A stretch of DNA of 64,000 nucleotides from an uncultured virus (IMG/VR IMGVR_UViG_3300035668_000001). Lineage: Duplodnaviria > Heunggongvirae > Uroviricota > Caudoviricetes. Under the pieces are notes generated by a model. The model searched no databases, was not told the origin of the DNA, and worked only from the letters and a program-made list of their open reading frames with translations. The DNA is taken from IMG/VR virus record IMGVR_UViG_3300035668_000001; one strand, written 5' to 3'. Below, in pieces: positions 36,776 to 47,800 of this stretch. The position numbers and the translations under genes are program-made. Each line of letters begins with the position of its first letter. Position 1 is the stretch's first letter.

Positions 36776-38080
36776 GTGACCCAGTCAACTGTGGACCGTA
36801 AGGCCATCCAGGCGGCGCTCGAGACGAAGCAGGAAACGCTCGAGCGTATCCACGCGTCCTTCACGATGGAGGACGACGGCAAGGGCGAGCCGAAGGTCGT
36901 CATCTCCACCGAGCAGTACAACGACTACCTGTCCACCCTCGAAGAGGCGAAGACCCTCCAGGGCATCCTCGCGGCCACCAAGTCCGCCGAGGAGATCAAG
37001 GAGTGGATGGCCAGCCCCGACGGCAACCCCGCCGCCGCCGCCGAAGCCGCCGCCGCACAGCAGCAGCAGCAGATCCAGCAGAAGGATCTCGCGTCACTGC
37101 TCATGGAGACGGAAGAGTTCAAGAACCGCAACCAGAACCACCCCAACTTCCGGGTCGAGTTCGACGGCTTCAACGCCCACGAAGCGAAGGCGATCTACGG
37201 CGGCGGGCAGACCCCGACCGGCGGCACCACGTCCTACAACGCCCTCGGCGGCGCCACCGACGTCGGCATCACCGAGATGCGCCTGCGGCAGCAGCACATC
37301 CGCGACCTGTTCCCGAAGGCCACCACCACCGACGCCGTCCTCATCGGCGTCCGCGAGACGGGCTTCACCAACAACGCCGCGGTCGTCAACGTCCGCAACT
37401 CCGGGAACACCGACTGGCAGATCAAGCCCGAGTCGACGATCACCCTCGCCCCGGTCAGCTACCCGGTCGCGACCGTAGCCCACTGGTTGGTCGCACACCA
37501 GAACATCCTCGCCGACGCCCCCCGCCTCAAGGACTTCCTGAACCGCCGCATGCTCGACGGGCTGATGCTCGCCGAGGACCGCGAAATCCTGTACGGCACC
37601 GCCGGCGCCGAATCCATCACCGGCATCACCAACACGTCCGGGGTCCAGGCGTACACCGGGCTCGCCACCGACCAGTTGTCCGCGCAGATCCGGCGCGGCG
37701 TCACCCTCGCCTCCATCGCCCAGTACGAGCCCAACGGGATCGCAATGCATCCCACAGACTGGGAAACATTGGAATTGGAGCAGACGGCCACCGGCGAATA
37801 CCGCATCGCGATCTCCGTCGCAATCGGCGGCCAGAAGCGCATCTGGCAGATGCAGATCGTCGCCACCACCGCCGTCACCGCCGGCCACTGGCTCCTCGGC
37901 TCATTCGGGCTGGGGGCACAGCTCTACGACCGGCAGAAGGCTTCCGTCCTCGTATCCACAGAGGACAGCGATAATTTCCGCAAGAACTTGATCACGATTC
38001 GCGCGGAGGAACGCGCTGCCTTGGAGGTCGGGCGACCAGAGTCGTTCGTGTACGGGGCTGTGACGGCGTATACCGGATAG
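36776..38080 (+). CDS. major capsid protein (HK97 fold)
   Basis: IRDLFP, KPES, TVAHW, ILADAPRL, EDREILYG, MHPTDW, FRKNLITIRAEERAAL...PESF. Confidence 0.93.
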   Translation: MTQSTVDRKAIQAALETKQETLERIHASFTMEDDGKGEPKVVISTEQYNDYLSTLEEAKTLQGILAATKSAEEIKEWMASPDGNPAAAAEAAAAQQQQQIQQKDLASLLMETEEFKNRNQNHPNFRVEFDGFNAHEAKAIYGGGQTPTGGTTSYNALGGATDVGITEMRLRQQHIRDLFPKATTTDAVLIGVRETGFTNNAAVVNVRNSGNTDWQIKPESTITLAPVSYPVATVAHWLVAHQNILADAPRLKDFLNRRMLDGLMLAEDREILYGTAGAESITGITNTSGVQAYTGLATDQLSAQIRRGVTLASIAQYEPNGIAMHPTDWETLELEQTATGEYRIAISVAIGGQKRIWQMQIVATTAVTAGHWLLGSFGLGAQLYDRQKASVLVSTEDSDNFRKNLITIRAEERAALEVGRPESFVYGAVTAYTG

Positions 38081-38499
38081 TTTGGCCCGTGTGGGGGCGG
38101 AATTCGTCATCATGCGTCCCGAGGACCCCTTGTGCTGCTAGTCGCGGCACGGGGGGTCTTCGGGTTCTGCCTGGGGTTACGGCACGGACGAGGAGCGGGC
38201 ACGGTCCGCGACGCTCCCGTAGGAGCGTGTCTAGCATCCGGTGACATGACCCCTGAGGAGAGCGACCTCCGGTTCTGGGTGCAGGTCGCCAAAGATTCGG
38301 AGCGGATGGTCGTCTGCCACCCGGACCTAGAGTCACGGATCAAGACGGGCCTTGACGCGCGCGGCATCACCGGGATGAAAGTCGTCGCGAACCCGTACTG
38401 TCCGAAGGACTCCGTGTACGTGGTCGACTGGAACGCCCTCGACGCGTCGGCGCGTCAGTCGCTCACGCGGAGCCTGCGGCCTGGACAGTGGCGGCTGCC

Positions 38500-38946
38500 G
38501 TGACGCTGGTGAAGTTCCTGACCGCGATGATCGACCTGGACGAGGATGGGGCGGTCGCGGCTGCCGTCGCCGGGCCGAAGTGGAAGTACGCCGATTCCTA
38601 CGGGTCGATGCAGATAGAGAGCGAAGACGGCACGAACATCACCCACGACCAGGAGGGCCTGTCCGACTCCGTGAGGGGCTTCGCCGGGCCCCACATCGCC
38701 CGGCACGATCCGGCGCGGGCGCTGCGGGAGGTCGAGGCGAAGCGGCGGATCATCGAACGGGCACGCCTGGTGCTCGACTCGTGGGCTCGAGCCGAGGCGG
38801 GGCAGGGCGGGGCGGTGTCGTATCCCGACGTGACACGACGTGAACGGTCGTTCTGGCTGTCCACGCTCGCCGACATGGCCGCCGTCTACAGCGACCACCC
38901 GGATTACCGGGTGTTCGTGGACCGCGAAGGCGAGTTCATCCGCTGA
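38500..38946 (+). CDS. DUF6221 family protein
   Basis: HIARHDPARALREVEAKRRI...YSDHPDYR. Confidence 0.85.
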   Translation: MTLVKFLTAMIDLDEDGAVAAAVAGPKWKYADSYGSMQIESEDGTNITHDQEGLSDSVRGFAGPHIARHDPARALREVEAKRRIIERARLVLDSWARAEAGQGGAVSYPDVTRRERSFWLSTLADMAAVYSDHPDYRVFVDREGEFIR

Positions 38947-39007
38947 CCCAACGTTCGTTGCATCGTGACGGCCACGCTCCAACGAACCGGGCCGTTTCGT
39001 TGGAGCG

Positions 39008-39274
39008 TCACGTCTTCTTCGGAGTCCCACGTTGGCGGCGCCCACCGGCCGGGGCAGGTGCCGGTGCGGGCCGCGGAGCCGGGCGGTCGACCCACACGGT
39101 GCCGTCGGGGTCGGCCTTGATCCGCGTCCAGTCGCCGCCGGCCCGGTCGTAGGCCAACACCACGGCGGCCACCGGGCAGTGTCGGAGACGGGTACGGGGG
39201 CCTGGCGGCCAGGTCATGGGGTCGGTGTGGCTGTTCGCGCTGCGGAGGACATCGGCGATGTCGAAGGTTGTCAT
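39008..39274 (-). CDS. hypothetical protein
   Basis: MTTFDIADVLRSANSH...; 88 aa. Confidence 0.45.
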   Translation of the reverse strand: MTTFDIADVLRSANSHTDPMTWPPGPRTRLRHCPVAAVVLAYDRAGGDWTRIKADPDGTVWVDRPAPRPAPAPAPAGGRRQRGTPKKT

Positions 39275-39569
39275 GCATGTGGACCGTACCGGGGTTTTCG
39301 GGGGCGACGTAAACGATCTGCGGGTGTGACGGTGCGGGCCGGGCGGACATCCCGTGCGTCCACTGCCGCGAAGTGAGGTGATTTCCCGTGTCGTTCGTCG
39401 ACTTCGTCCAGGCCCTAGTCCACGCCCTGGTGAACATCGTCCTCTGACCGTTCGGCGCGCCCCCCGGCCCGGCCGCCGGGGGGCGCCGCAATGCTGGGGC
39501 GAGACGCTAAGGGTGGCCGGATGCCTACGGTGCGGCGTCCGCCCGACGAGCGCCACCCAGGAGGCCGCC

Positions 39570-40244
39570 GTGAGCAACACCCCCAGCAAGTCGACGCCCG
39601 CGAAGAAGGCCCCCGTGAAGGCCACCACCCCCCACGAGGAGCCGCCGCGCACCGGGCGGGCCGCGCCGGCGCATCCGGTACAGGGCGGCGACCACGTGTT
39701 GCCCTCCGGGGACCCCGGCCCCACCGTGCCCACCGAGGGCTACCCGGACGCCGTCGTGCTCACCACACAGCACCCGGGAGAGGACGCGGAGCTCGAGGCC
39801 GCGTACGACGTCCACGCCGGAGGCGGTGAACGGATCACCGACACCCACACCCCGGTCCCCGACGACGTGCAGCGGGCCACCAAGTTCCCCCTCGCGGGGC
39901 CACTGGACGCGCCGAAGCCGAAGGTGAAGCCGGACGAGCCGCTGCCGATGGGTATAGCGCAGTCCGGCGCGCTGGCACTGTCCCTCGCGCACCGGCACAC
40001 CGGGGTCGTCGGCGAGGACGACGAACCGGTGGACCTCGAGTCCGTGTTCGACAAGTCGAAGGGCGCGACCCTGTGGGTCGCGACGCGGCGGGTGTACGAG
40101 ACGTACGAGATCGACAACACCGACCGGGTGGGGAAGCGCCTCCTGTACGCGGAGGGAACGCCGGTCCCGAAGGCGGTGGCGGAGCAGGTGATCGCGGCCG
40201 CGAAGGCGAAGAAGTCGACGATCGACGCGGCGCTCAAGAGCTGA
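39570..40244 (+). CDS. hypothetical virion-associated protein
   Basis: GGAGG RBS; position after the capsid gene; GC3-rich. Confidence 0.7.
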   Translation: MSNTPSKSTPAKKAPVKATTPHEEPPRTGRAAPAHPVQGGDHVLPSGDPGPTVPTEGYPDAVVLTTQHPGEDAELEAAYDVHAGGGERITDTHTPVPDDVQRATKFPLAGPLDAPKPKVKPDEPLPMGIAQSGALALSLAHRHTGVVGEDDEPVDLESVFDKSKGATLWVATRRVYETYEIDNTDRVGKRLLYAEGTPVPKAVAEQVIAAAKAKKSTIDAALKS

Positions 40245-40316
40245 GCGTCGGGGCGCGACGCTACCGCCGGGCGCTACATACGGTGCTGGCGACATCACTA
40301 GATGGAGGGCCGGGAC

Positions 40317-40703
40317 ATGGGTAACAAGGTCGTCACCACCGACAGCGGCGGACGGATCCGCCTCGCCAACGCGATCGCCGCGGCGGGTCGCGTCGTCGCC
40401 GCGTCGAGCACGGCGCAGACGATCCCAGACACCGCGGTCGGCGGGCTCCACAAGATCACGCTGACCGGGAACTGCACACTGACTTTCCCCACCGGGGCGG
40501 TCGGTAAGTCGTTCCACTTGATCCTCAAGCAGGACGCGACCGGTTCCCGCACGGTCGTGTGGCCGTCCGGCGCCGGCGGCGCCAAGTGGGCGGGCGGCAC
40601 CGCGCCGACACTCACCACCACGGCCGCGGCCGTGGACTGGATCGAGTTCGTCCACGACGGGGTCGCCTGGAACGGCAAGGCGATCGCCCAGGCCCTCGCC
40701 TAG
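40317..40703 (+). CDS. phage structural/fibre-type beta domain protein
   Basis: ITLTGNCTLTF...LILKQDATGSRTVVWP...WAGGTAPTLTT. Confidence 0.75.
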   Translation: MGNKVVTTDSGGRIRLANAIAAAGRVVAASSTAQTIPDTAVGGLHKITLTGNCTLTFPTGAVGKSFHLILKQDATGSRTVVWPSGAGGAKWAGGTAPTLTTTAAAVDWIEFVHDGVAWNGKAIAQALA

Positions 40704-40720
40704 ATCGCCGCGAACGAGAC

Positions 40721-40756
40721 GGAACCCCGGGTTACGCCCCCCGCGCCCGGGGTTCC
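40721..40756 (+). terminator. inverted repeat, probable terminator
   Basis: GGAACCCCGGG / CCCGGGGTTCC after a stop codon. Confidence 0.55.
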
Positions 40757-40858
40757 GCCGCGTCCGGGGGTCGTTGCCCCGCGACGCAAGTACCCCGGTG
40801 CCCATACGTTCCGCCACGACACGACAGCGCGGCGCGACCGGAGGAGTCGGAGAGGTAC

Positions 40859-41278
40859 ATGGCGACCACAGAGATCACCGTCCCCCGCCCCAAGCGGGTG
40901 TGTGACGTGTGCGGCGGATTCGACGACCACCCGAGGCACGTCATCGGCCACACCGCGGACGCGGCGCCCGCCGTCGACCAGGCCGTCGTCAAGGCCCTCG
41001 CCGCGCACGTCGATTTCGCCACCGACGAGGGCGCCGCGGCGATCGCCGACCTCATGGACACCACGCTGCAACTGCGGCACATGGACTGCTGTGCCGCCGC
41101 CGGGTGCCCCGACGGAACCTGCGCCGAGATCCACCGCCGCGCCCCGGCGCCGGCCGGCTCCCCGCTGCGTGGCGACGACCTCCTCGAGTTCTTGACCTCC
41201 GGCACTGTCGACGACGTACCCACCGCCCTCCACCCGCTGCACGTCGGTTCCACCCGGCTCGACCAGGAAGGCGAGTGA
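40859..41278 (+). CDS. Cys/His hypothetical protein
   Basis: GAGG RBS; CDVCGGFDDHPRH...RHMDCCAAAGC...C. Confidence 0.7.
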   Translation: MATTEITVPRPKRVCDVCGGFDDHPRHVIGHTADAAPAVDQAVVKALAAHVDFATDEGAAAIADLMDTTLQLRHMDCCAAAGCPDGTCAEIHRRAPAPAGSPLRGDDLLEFLTSGTVDDVPTALHPLHVGSTRLDQEGE

Positions 41279-41279
41279 C

Positions 41280-41672
41280 ATGGCCCTCGACCAGACCCGC
41301 GCGAACCAGATCCTCGACGCCATCCACGCCGTCACCACCCTCGTCGCATCGACCGCCCCGATCCACACCCGGTTCATGACCGCGAACGGCAGCTCGACCT
41401 CCAACGGCACCGAGCTGGCGACCGGCGGCGGCTACACCCAGGGCACCGGCGCCCCGTCCGCGACGTGGAACGCCGCCGCGTCCGGCACCTCGTCCAAGCA
41501 GGCGTTGTCCGTGACCAACATGCCCGCCACGACGATCGTCGGCATCGAGGAGTGGGACTCTGCGGGTACGCCGAAGCGGCAGGAATTCGGGGCCCTCACC
41601 GCATCCAAGACGACCGCGTCAGGTGACACTCTCTCGTTCGCGGCAGCCGCGGTGACAAGCGCCTTGGCCTAG
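41280..41672 (+). CDS. phage minor structural (tail-fibre-associated) protein
   Basis: GTELATGGGY...GALTASKTTASGDTLSF. Confidence 0.75.
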   Translation: MALDQTRANQILDAIHAVTTLVASTAPIHTRFMTANGSSTSNGTELATGGGYTQGTGAPSATWNAAASGTSSKQALSVTNMPATTIVGIEEWDSAGTPKRQEFGALTASKTTASGDTLSFAAAAVTSALA

Positions 41673-41699
41673 GTGTCCCCCGGCTGCTAACATTGGGGG

Positions 41700-42659
41700 A
41701 TGCGATCCCCGATGTTCACCCCGGAGCAAGACCGTGAACTGGCTGCCGCGTATCGCGGTGGGCGCACGACGAGAGACCTGGCGCGCGAGTACGGCTGTTC
41801 GGATGTGACCGTGCTCCACGCACTCGAGCGCGTAGGTGAGCCGCGGCGGACTGGCGGGATGCGGCCCGCGCCCAATGATCTGAGCGACCCTGTGCGCCGT
41901 GCTGAGGCGTTGCAGTTCTACTTGGATGGCGGGTCGGTGAAGCGGGTCGCCAAGAGGTTCCAGTGCCGCACGGACGTCGTGAGCGCCCTACTGGCCGAAG
42001 AGGGCGTGCAGTTGAAGCCCGGCGGCCACCGGCACCCGAAGTTCGACAAGGCGCGGTCCCGGCAGATCGCCGACGAGTACGCGGCCGGGGCCACGCTCCA
42101 ACAGCTTGCGGAGCGGTACGACAGCAACACCCTGACAATCAAGAACGCTGTCACCCGCGTCGGCGGCGCGCTTCGGCACACGGGCCGCCCCGCGTTCTGG
42201 ACCGATGAGCGTCGAGCCTGGGTCGTCGAGCAGTACGGCACGGGGCGAAGTCAGCAGGACATCGCCGACGAGCTCGGCATCCACCAGACGGCCGTTTCGA
42301 GAGTGCTGCGAGCCGCGGGCGCGATCGCGGACCCGTCGCGCCCGGCTGGTGAGAGCCACGGAAGCTGGAAGGGTGGCCGGGTCAAGGTCGGCGGCTACAT
42401 CTGGGTCCTGCCAGTCGCCGAGGACATGGAGTTCTGCACCCCCAACGCGTCCGGGTACGTGCCCGAGCACCGGCTCGTCATGGGGCGTGCGCTCGGCCGG
42501 CGGTTGACCCGCAAGGAGTCCGTGCACCACATCGACGGCCGCCGGGACCACAACGCGCTCGAGAACCTGCAACTGCGGCAGGGGTCCCACGGGTCAGGTG
42601 TGGTGGTCCAGTGCTTGGACTGCGGGTCGCGCAATGTGGAGGCCACTGCACTCGCCTGA
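41700..42659 (+). CDS. HNH endonuclease with tandem N-terminal HTH modules (homing-endonuclease-like)
   Basis: SWKGG, YVPEHRLVM, VHHIDGRRDHNALENL; four HTH-like repeats; atypical codon use. Confidence 0.88.
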   Translation: MRSPMFTPEQDRELAAAYRGGRTTRDLAREYGCSDVTVLHALERVGEPRRTGGMRPAPNDLSDPVRRAEALQFYLDGGSVKRVAKRFQCRTDVVSALLAEEGVQLKPGGHRHPKFDKARSRQIADEYAAGATLQQLAERYDSNTLTIKNAVTRVGGALRHTGRPAFWTDERRAWVVEQYGTGRSQQDIADELGIHQTAVSRVLRAAGAIADPSRPAGESHGSWKGGRVKVGGYIWVLPVAEDMEFCTPNASGYVPEHRLVMGRALGRRLTRKESVHHIDGRRDHNALENLQLRQGSHGSGVVVQCLDCGSRNVEATALA

Positions 42660-42754
42660 CGCTCCGCGTCTGGCCCAGGACGTTACGTAGTCGCCGTCCG
42701 TAGCTTCCCCTCCGTGGCCCGCAACCCCGCGGCCACGGGAAAGGGGTGGACCCG

Positions 42755-43297
42755 ATGGCGCTGACTCTCGACCAGGGCTCGAAATGGACCGCCGATGTCG
42801 GCTACATCGCCCGCATCCGCGACGGCATGGTCCGGTACTCCCTCACCGTCAAGAACGAGACGCAGGGCGCACTGACGTCCGCCGTGTACGCGAAGCGGCA
42901 GGAGCAGGCGAGGCGGTGCCTCAACTCGCCCGCGGCCGAAGTGTCGAAGTTCGTGGAGGCCGTCGCGGCGGACGCCGGGTTCTCCCTCACCTGGTATACG
43001 CCGGTGAACATCGCCTCTTCGACGAACGCGAACCCGTCGGTGGTCACCACCGCCACCGTCCACGGCCTTGCCGTCGGTGACGTGGTGGAGATCGCCGGGC
43101 ACCTGGTGAACCTCAACATCGTCGGCGTGTGGACGGTCGCCACCGTCGGGTCCACCACCTTGTTCACGGTGCCGTACCCGGCGAACGGGCTCGGGGCGGC
43201 GACCGGCACGGCGATGAAGATGGAAACCGACCTGAACCTGAACGTCACCATCCAGAACGTGTTCAACCCCATCGCCGGAGTGATCCCCGGTGAGTGA
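42755..43297 (+). CDS. putative virion structural protein
   Basis: VVTTATVHGLAVGDVVEIAG beta motif. Confidence 0.7.
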   Translation: MALTLDQGSKWTADVGYIARIRDGMVRYSLTVKNETQGALTSAVYAKRQEQARRCLNSPAAEVSKFVEAVAADAGFSLTWYTPVNIASSTNANPSVVTTATVHGLAVGDVVEIAGHLVNLNIVGVWTVATVGSTTLFTVPYPANGLGAATGTAMKMETDLNLNVTIQNVFNPIAGVIPGE

Positions 43298-43616
43298 GTT
43301 CACCCCGTTCCCGGTGCCGAGACTGCCCGGTGACACGCCGCTGGTGTACCCGTCCTCGGTGGTGATGTTCGGCGCCTCGATGGGCGTGTACCGGTGCTCC
43401 GGCTGCCACGAGCCGATGCAGCAGGGCTGCTGGATGCACGAGACGGTCGAGACGGTCGACGGCGTCGACATGGTGACCGGCCTCGACGCGTACGCCGGCC
43501 AGGACGGGGCGATGGTGCACCACTGCGGTGCGGACCAACCGGAGTCGCCGGCGTGGACCCGGCAGGGATGGGCGCACGACGAGAACGAGTTGCAGCGCAA
43601 GCGGCAGGGCGGCTGA
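43290..43616 (+). CDS. hypothetical protein
   Basis: Overlapping ORF with CSGC. Confidence 0.55.
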   Translation: MSEFTPFPVPRLPGDTPLVYPSSVVMFGASMGVYRCSGCHEPMQQGCWMHETVETVDGVDMVTGLDAYAGQDGAMVHHCGADQPESPAWTRQGWAHDENELQRKRQGG

Positions 43617-43617
43617 G

Positions 43618-44067
43618 ATGGCCACCCAGTACAGCGTGTCGACCGGCGCGGTCGCCCTCGTCGCGGCGACGGCGAAGACCGTCATCGAATGCCCCACCGG
43701 GGCGACGGCGCCCTTGACGGTGGTCAGCCTGGAGGTGTCGTTCTCGATGGCGACCGCCGGGTCGTGCGTCGTCGAGTGGGGCACGTACGCGACGACGGGG
43801 ACCGGAACGACGGTGACGCCGATGAAGTTCGGCATGGATCAGGGCCCGGCGGCAATCATGGGAACGGTGAAGATCACGGACACGGTCGAGCCCGCCACGT
43901 TCGCCCGCGGCACGTTGCCGCACTGGATCATTCCGCTGCCCGGCATGTACTCGGCGTTCCTGCCGTACGCGCGAGAGCTCTACCAGCCGCTGTCGATCTT
44001 GCGGGCCCTCCGCTGCACGTCCACGGTGGCGGGTAACGTGTCGGTCAACCTGGTCTTCGAGCAGTGA
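43618..44067 (+). CDS. putative virion structural protein
   Basis: Thr/Val-rich beta-type ORF in the structural operon. Confidence 0.7.
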   Translation: MATQYSVSTGAVALVAATAKTVIECPTGATAPLTVVSLEVSFSMATAGSCVVEWGTYATTGTGTTVTPMKFGMDQGPAAIMGTVKITDTVEPATFARGTLPHWIIPLPGMYSAFLPYARELYQPLSILRALRCTSTVAGNVSVNLVFEQ

Positions 44068-44822
44068 CGGTTCTCGAGAACAACTTCGACGGCGGCCCCT
44101 CGGGGACGACACTGACGGCGGCGAACTCGGCGCAGGGCGGCGACGCGTTCGACCTGGTGTTGAACGCCAATATCTCGGGTGCGGTGATCCGGTATTCGGC
44201 CACCCCGGCGCGGCCGACCGCCGAGTACTCGATGGAGCTCAGCACCGGGTCGACGAGCACGACCCCGAAGTTCAACTGGAACACGTCGATGGGCACCCAG
44301 ACCCAGGTGTGGGCGCGGTTCTACCTGTACTACGCGAGCCTGCCGACGGGGAACAAGAACTACGTGTGGCGTGCGGAGTCCCCGGCATCGCCGACCGGGG
44401 TGTGTTCCATAGTGGGCGTCGAGCCGTCGACCGGACGGTTGTTCCTGGCCAACTTCGACGCCACCGTGTTCGTCTACTCGACGGCCACGGTGGTGGCCGG
44501 GTCGTGGATGCGCATCGAGGCCCGGGTGCAGCCCAGCACCACGACGGGCAACGCGGACGCGTGGCTGTACAAGGGCAACGACGTCGACACCGACAACGTG
44601 TCGGACACGATCACCATGTCGGGGCAGAACTTCGGGGCGGCGTCGGCCACCAACTACTTGTACGGCTACACGTCGCCCAGCGCGAACCTGCCGCAGATGT
44701 TCCTGTCGGGCGTGGGGTTGTCCAGTGACGGCCCCTTGGGACCGTTGCCGTTCCGGCTGGGGAAGGGGTCGCCGGCGGGGAACCTGTCGAACCCGATCGC
44801 CATCCACACCGACTGCTTCTAA
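44064..44822 (+). CDS. putative virion protein (concanavalin-like beta sandwich)
   Basis: NNFDGGPSGTTLT...WARFYLY...WMRIEARV. Confidence 0.7.
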   Translation: MTVLENNFDGGPSGTTLTAANSAQGGDAFDLVLNANISGAVIRYSATPARPTAEYSMELSTGSTSTTPKFNWNTSMGTQTQVWARFYLYYASLPTGNKNYVWRAESPASPTGVCSIVGVEPSTGRLFLANFDATVFVYSTATVVAGSWMRIEARVQPSTTTGNADAWLYKGNDVDTDNVSDTITMSGQNFGAASATNYLYGYTSPSANLPQMFLSGVGLSSDGPLGPLPFRLGKGSPAGNLSNPIAIHTDCF

Positions 44823-44843
44823 CGGTGGAAAGGGGCGGGACAG

Positions 44844-47800
44844 GTGCCGACTCCGATCCTCGGCCGTGGGACACCGATCCAGCCCCGGACGTTCTGGCAT
44901 CCCGGGATCTGGCCGACCACATGCGCCCGGTTCGACGCCGACGGGGAGGACTACACCCGCACGGTGTCCCTGGGCACGATCAGCGCCTTCACCATCGTGT
45001 GGTGGGGGAAGATCTCGGTCGACCGCAACGACTTCTCGACGTTCGTGTGTCTCGACAACAACACGACCGCTGACCTGCACGCCTGCCAGACCGAACCCGA
45101 CGGCACGAGCGCGTCGATCTTCGACGAGCTCGTGACTGTTGCGAGTCACCCCCTCACGGTCGGCACGTGGTACGGCATGGCGACGTCCCGGTCCGGCGTG
45201 ACGGGGGCATTGCTGACACGCGCATACGGGGCCCCCACGTCGACCTACAGCACGTTCGCCACCATGTCGGCCAGCACCGTCGCGACGACACTGCGCATCG
45301 GCGAGTCCGTGTTCGGGGCCGAATGGCTCAACGGCTGCGTAGCCGGGGTCAAGGTGTGGTCCGTCGCCTTGTCCCAGGCGGAGATCGAAGCCGAGCTCGT
45401 CCAGTACGCGCCGATCCGCAGCGCTGACCTGGTCGGGTACTGGCCTCTCACCGACGGCAGCCCGAACGACTTCTCCGGCAACGGGCGCCACCTGTCGGGT
45501 GGTGCCGGTTCCAGTATCGAGCCGGGGCCGCAGATCCCGGTCGGGGAGTTCGCGGCGACGACGGTCCAGGCCGCGGACGCCGCGATGACTGCCACCTCGA
45601 CCATGACCGCCGTCGGGGACCTGGACGCCGTGGGCGCGGCGGCCATGGCCGCCACCTCGACCATGACCGCAGCGGCGGTCCAGGGCGTTGCCGGTGCGGC
45701 GGCGATGACGGCCACCTCGACCATGACCGCGGCGGCGGTCCAGGACACCACCGGTTCGGCGGCCATGGCCGCCACTTCGACCATGACCGCTGCCGGGGTG
45801 CGGGACGCCGCGGGCGCCGTCGGCATGACCGCCGCCTCGACGTTCACCGCGGCCGGGGACCGGGACGTGCCCGCGGCCGCCGCGATGGCGGCCACGGGCA
45901 CCTTCGCCGCGGCGGGGGTCCGGGCCGCCGCCGGGGCCGTCGACATGACCGCCGCCTCGACGTTCACCGCCGGGGCAACACGGGAGGCGGCCGGCGCGGC
46001 GGCGATGACTTCCGCCGGGACGATGTCCGCCTTCGGCCGGTTGCAGACCGACCTCGACTTCCGGGCGGCGACCGGCGTCTTGGGCCTGTCGGGCACCGGC
46101 GCGAACTTGTCCGTCGCCGTCCCCGCCACTGTGCAAGCCGGGGACGGAATGTTCTTGTTCTACTCCGAGGCGATCATCACCAGCACGATCACCGACCCGG
46201 CCGGGTGGACACTCGTCGCCACCGTCGACACCCCGACCACCTTGAGGACCCGCGTGTTGTGGCGGGTCGCGCAAGCCGGGGACGCCGGGACGACCGTCAC
46301 GGTCGTCACGACCGGCACCACGGTGAAGCGGACCTTGCAGTTGGTGGCCTACGCCGGGTCCGACACCACCAACCCGCTCCACGTGTACGCGGCGGCCAAC
46401 GAGACGACAGTCACCGTCTCCCACGCGCTCCCCACCGTGTCCGTGACGCTCCCCGGGGCGTGGATCATCGGTTTCGTCGTAGACCGTGCCTCTCCGGGTT
46501 CGACCGCGTTCACGGCCCCCGCCGGGTGGGCGACCCGTGACGCCCGGTACGGCACCGGCGGGGGTGCCACGTCGGCCATCGTCGCCGACACCGACAGCCC
46601 CGTCCCGACCGGGACGAGCGGTGGGGACACGTTCACCGGCACCGTCGCGTTGATCAACGCGACGATGTGGACCATCGCGGTGCGGCAGTTGGTCATCCAG
46701 TACGCGGTGGCGGCGATGACCGCCACGTCGACCACGACCGCCGGGGGGTCGTTGGGGCAGCAGGCCGTGGCGGCGATGACCGCCGCTGCCGTCACGACCG
46801 CGGCGGGGACACGGACACAGCCCGCCGCGGCGCCCCTCGCTGCGGCTGGGACGTTGGCGGCCACCGGGACGCGGGAACTGGTCGCCACCGCCCCGCTCGC
46901 AGCCACACAGACACTCGCAGCGTCCGCCGTGACGGTCGTACCCGCCGCGGCCTCCATGGTCGCCGTGGGCGTCCTCAGCGCCCCGGGGGTGCTCGGGGCG
47001 TTCGGCGCGGCCACGATGACCGGCGCCGGGGTGCTCACCGCCGCCGGGGACCGCACCGCCGTGGGCACCGCCGCGTTGACGGGGACCGGCACGTTCACCG
47101 CCGCCGCCGTCCGGGCCGCCGCCGTCGCCGCGGCGCTCACCGCGGCCGGGACTTTCACCGCCGACGGGGACCGCACCGTGGTCGTCGCCGCCGCGTTCAC
47201 CGCGGCCGGGACGCTCACTGCCGCCGCGGACCGGACGGCCGTGGCCACCGCCGCGATGGTCGCCGCCGGGACTTTCACTGCCGCCGCTGTCCGCGCCGCC
47301 GTGGCCGCCGCCGCGTACACCGCCGTGGCCACCCTCGCGGCGGCCCCGACGCTCACACAGCTCGCGGCGGCCGCCATGACGGCGGCGGGCGTGTTCACCG
47401 CGACCGCCGCCGAGCTGGCGGCTTCCGCCATGACCGCCGTATCCACCCTCACCGCGCCTGCCGACCGGACCGCGGTCGCCGCCGCCGCCATGTCGGCGGC
47501 CGCCGTCCTCGCCGCCGCCGCGGCCATCGTGAAGGTCGCCGCCGCGGCCATGACAGCGGCCGGCGTGTTCACCGCGGCCGCAGTCCGGGCCGCCGCCGCC
47601 GCCGCCGCGATGGCCTCCGCGGGCATCTTGACCGCCGCCGCCGTGCGGACCGCGACCGTGGCCGCCGACATGGCGGCCACCGGGACGCTCACCGCCGCCG
47701 CGGACCGCACCGTAGTCGTCGCCGCCGCACTCACCGCCGTATCGACCACGACCGCCGACGGGGTCCGCACCGTCACGCCCGCCGCCGCGATGACCGCCGC

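Noticed and set aside
29836..38182. Possible self-targets: GCGACGTTA near 29836 (reverse complement of unit-10 spacer A) and GGGGTTACG near 38174 (first upstream spacer A)
   Set aside because: Only single 9-mers match and the flanks do not match the partner spacer, as expected by chance. A full target search was not possible by eye.
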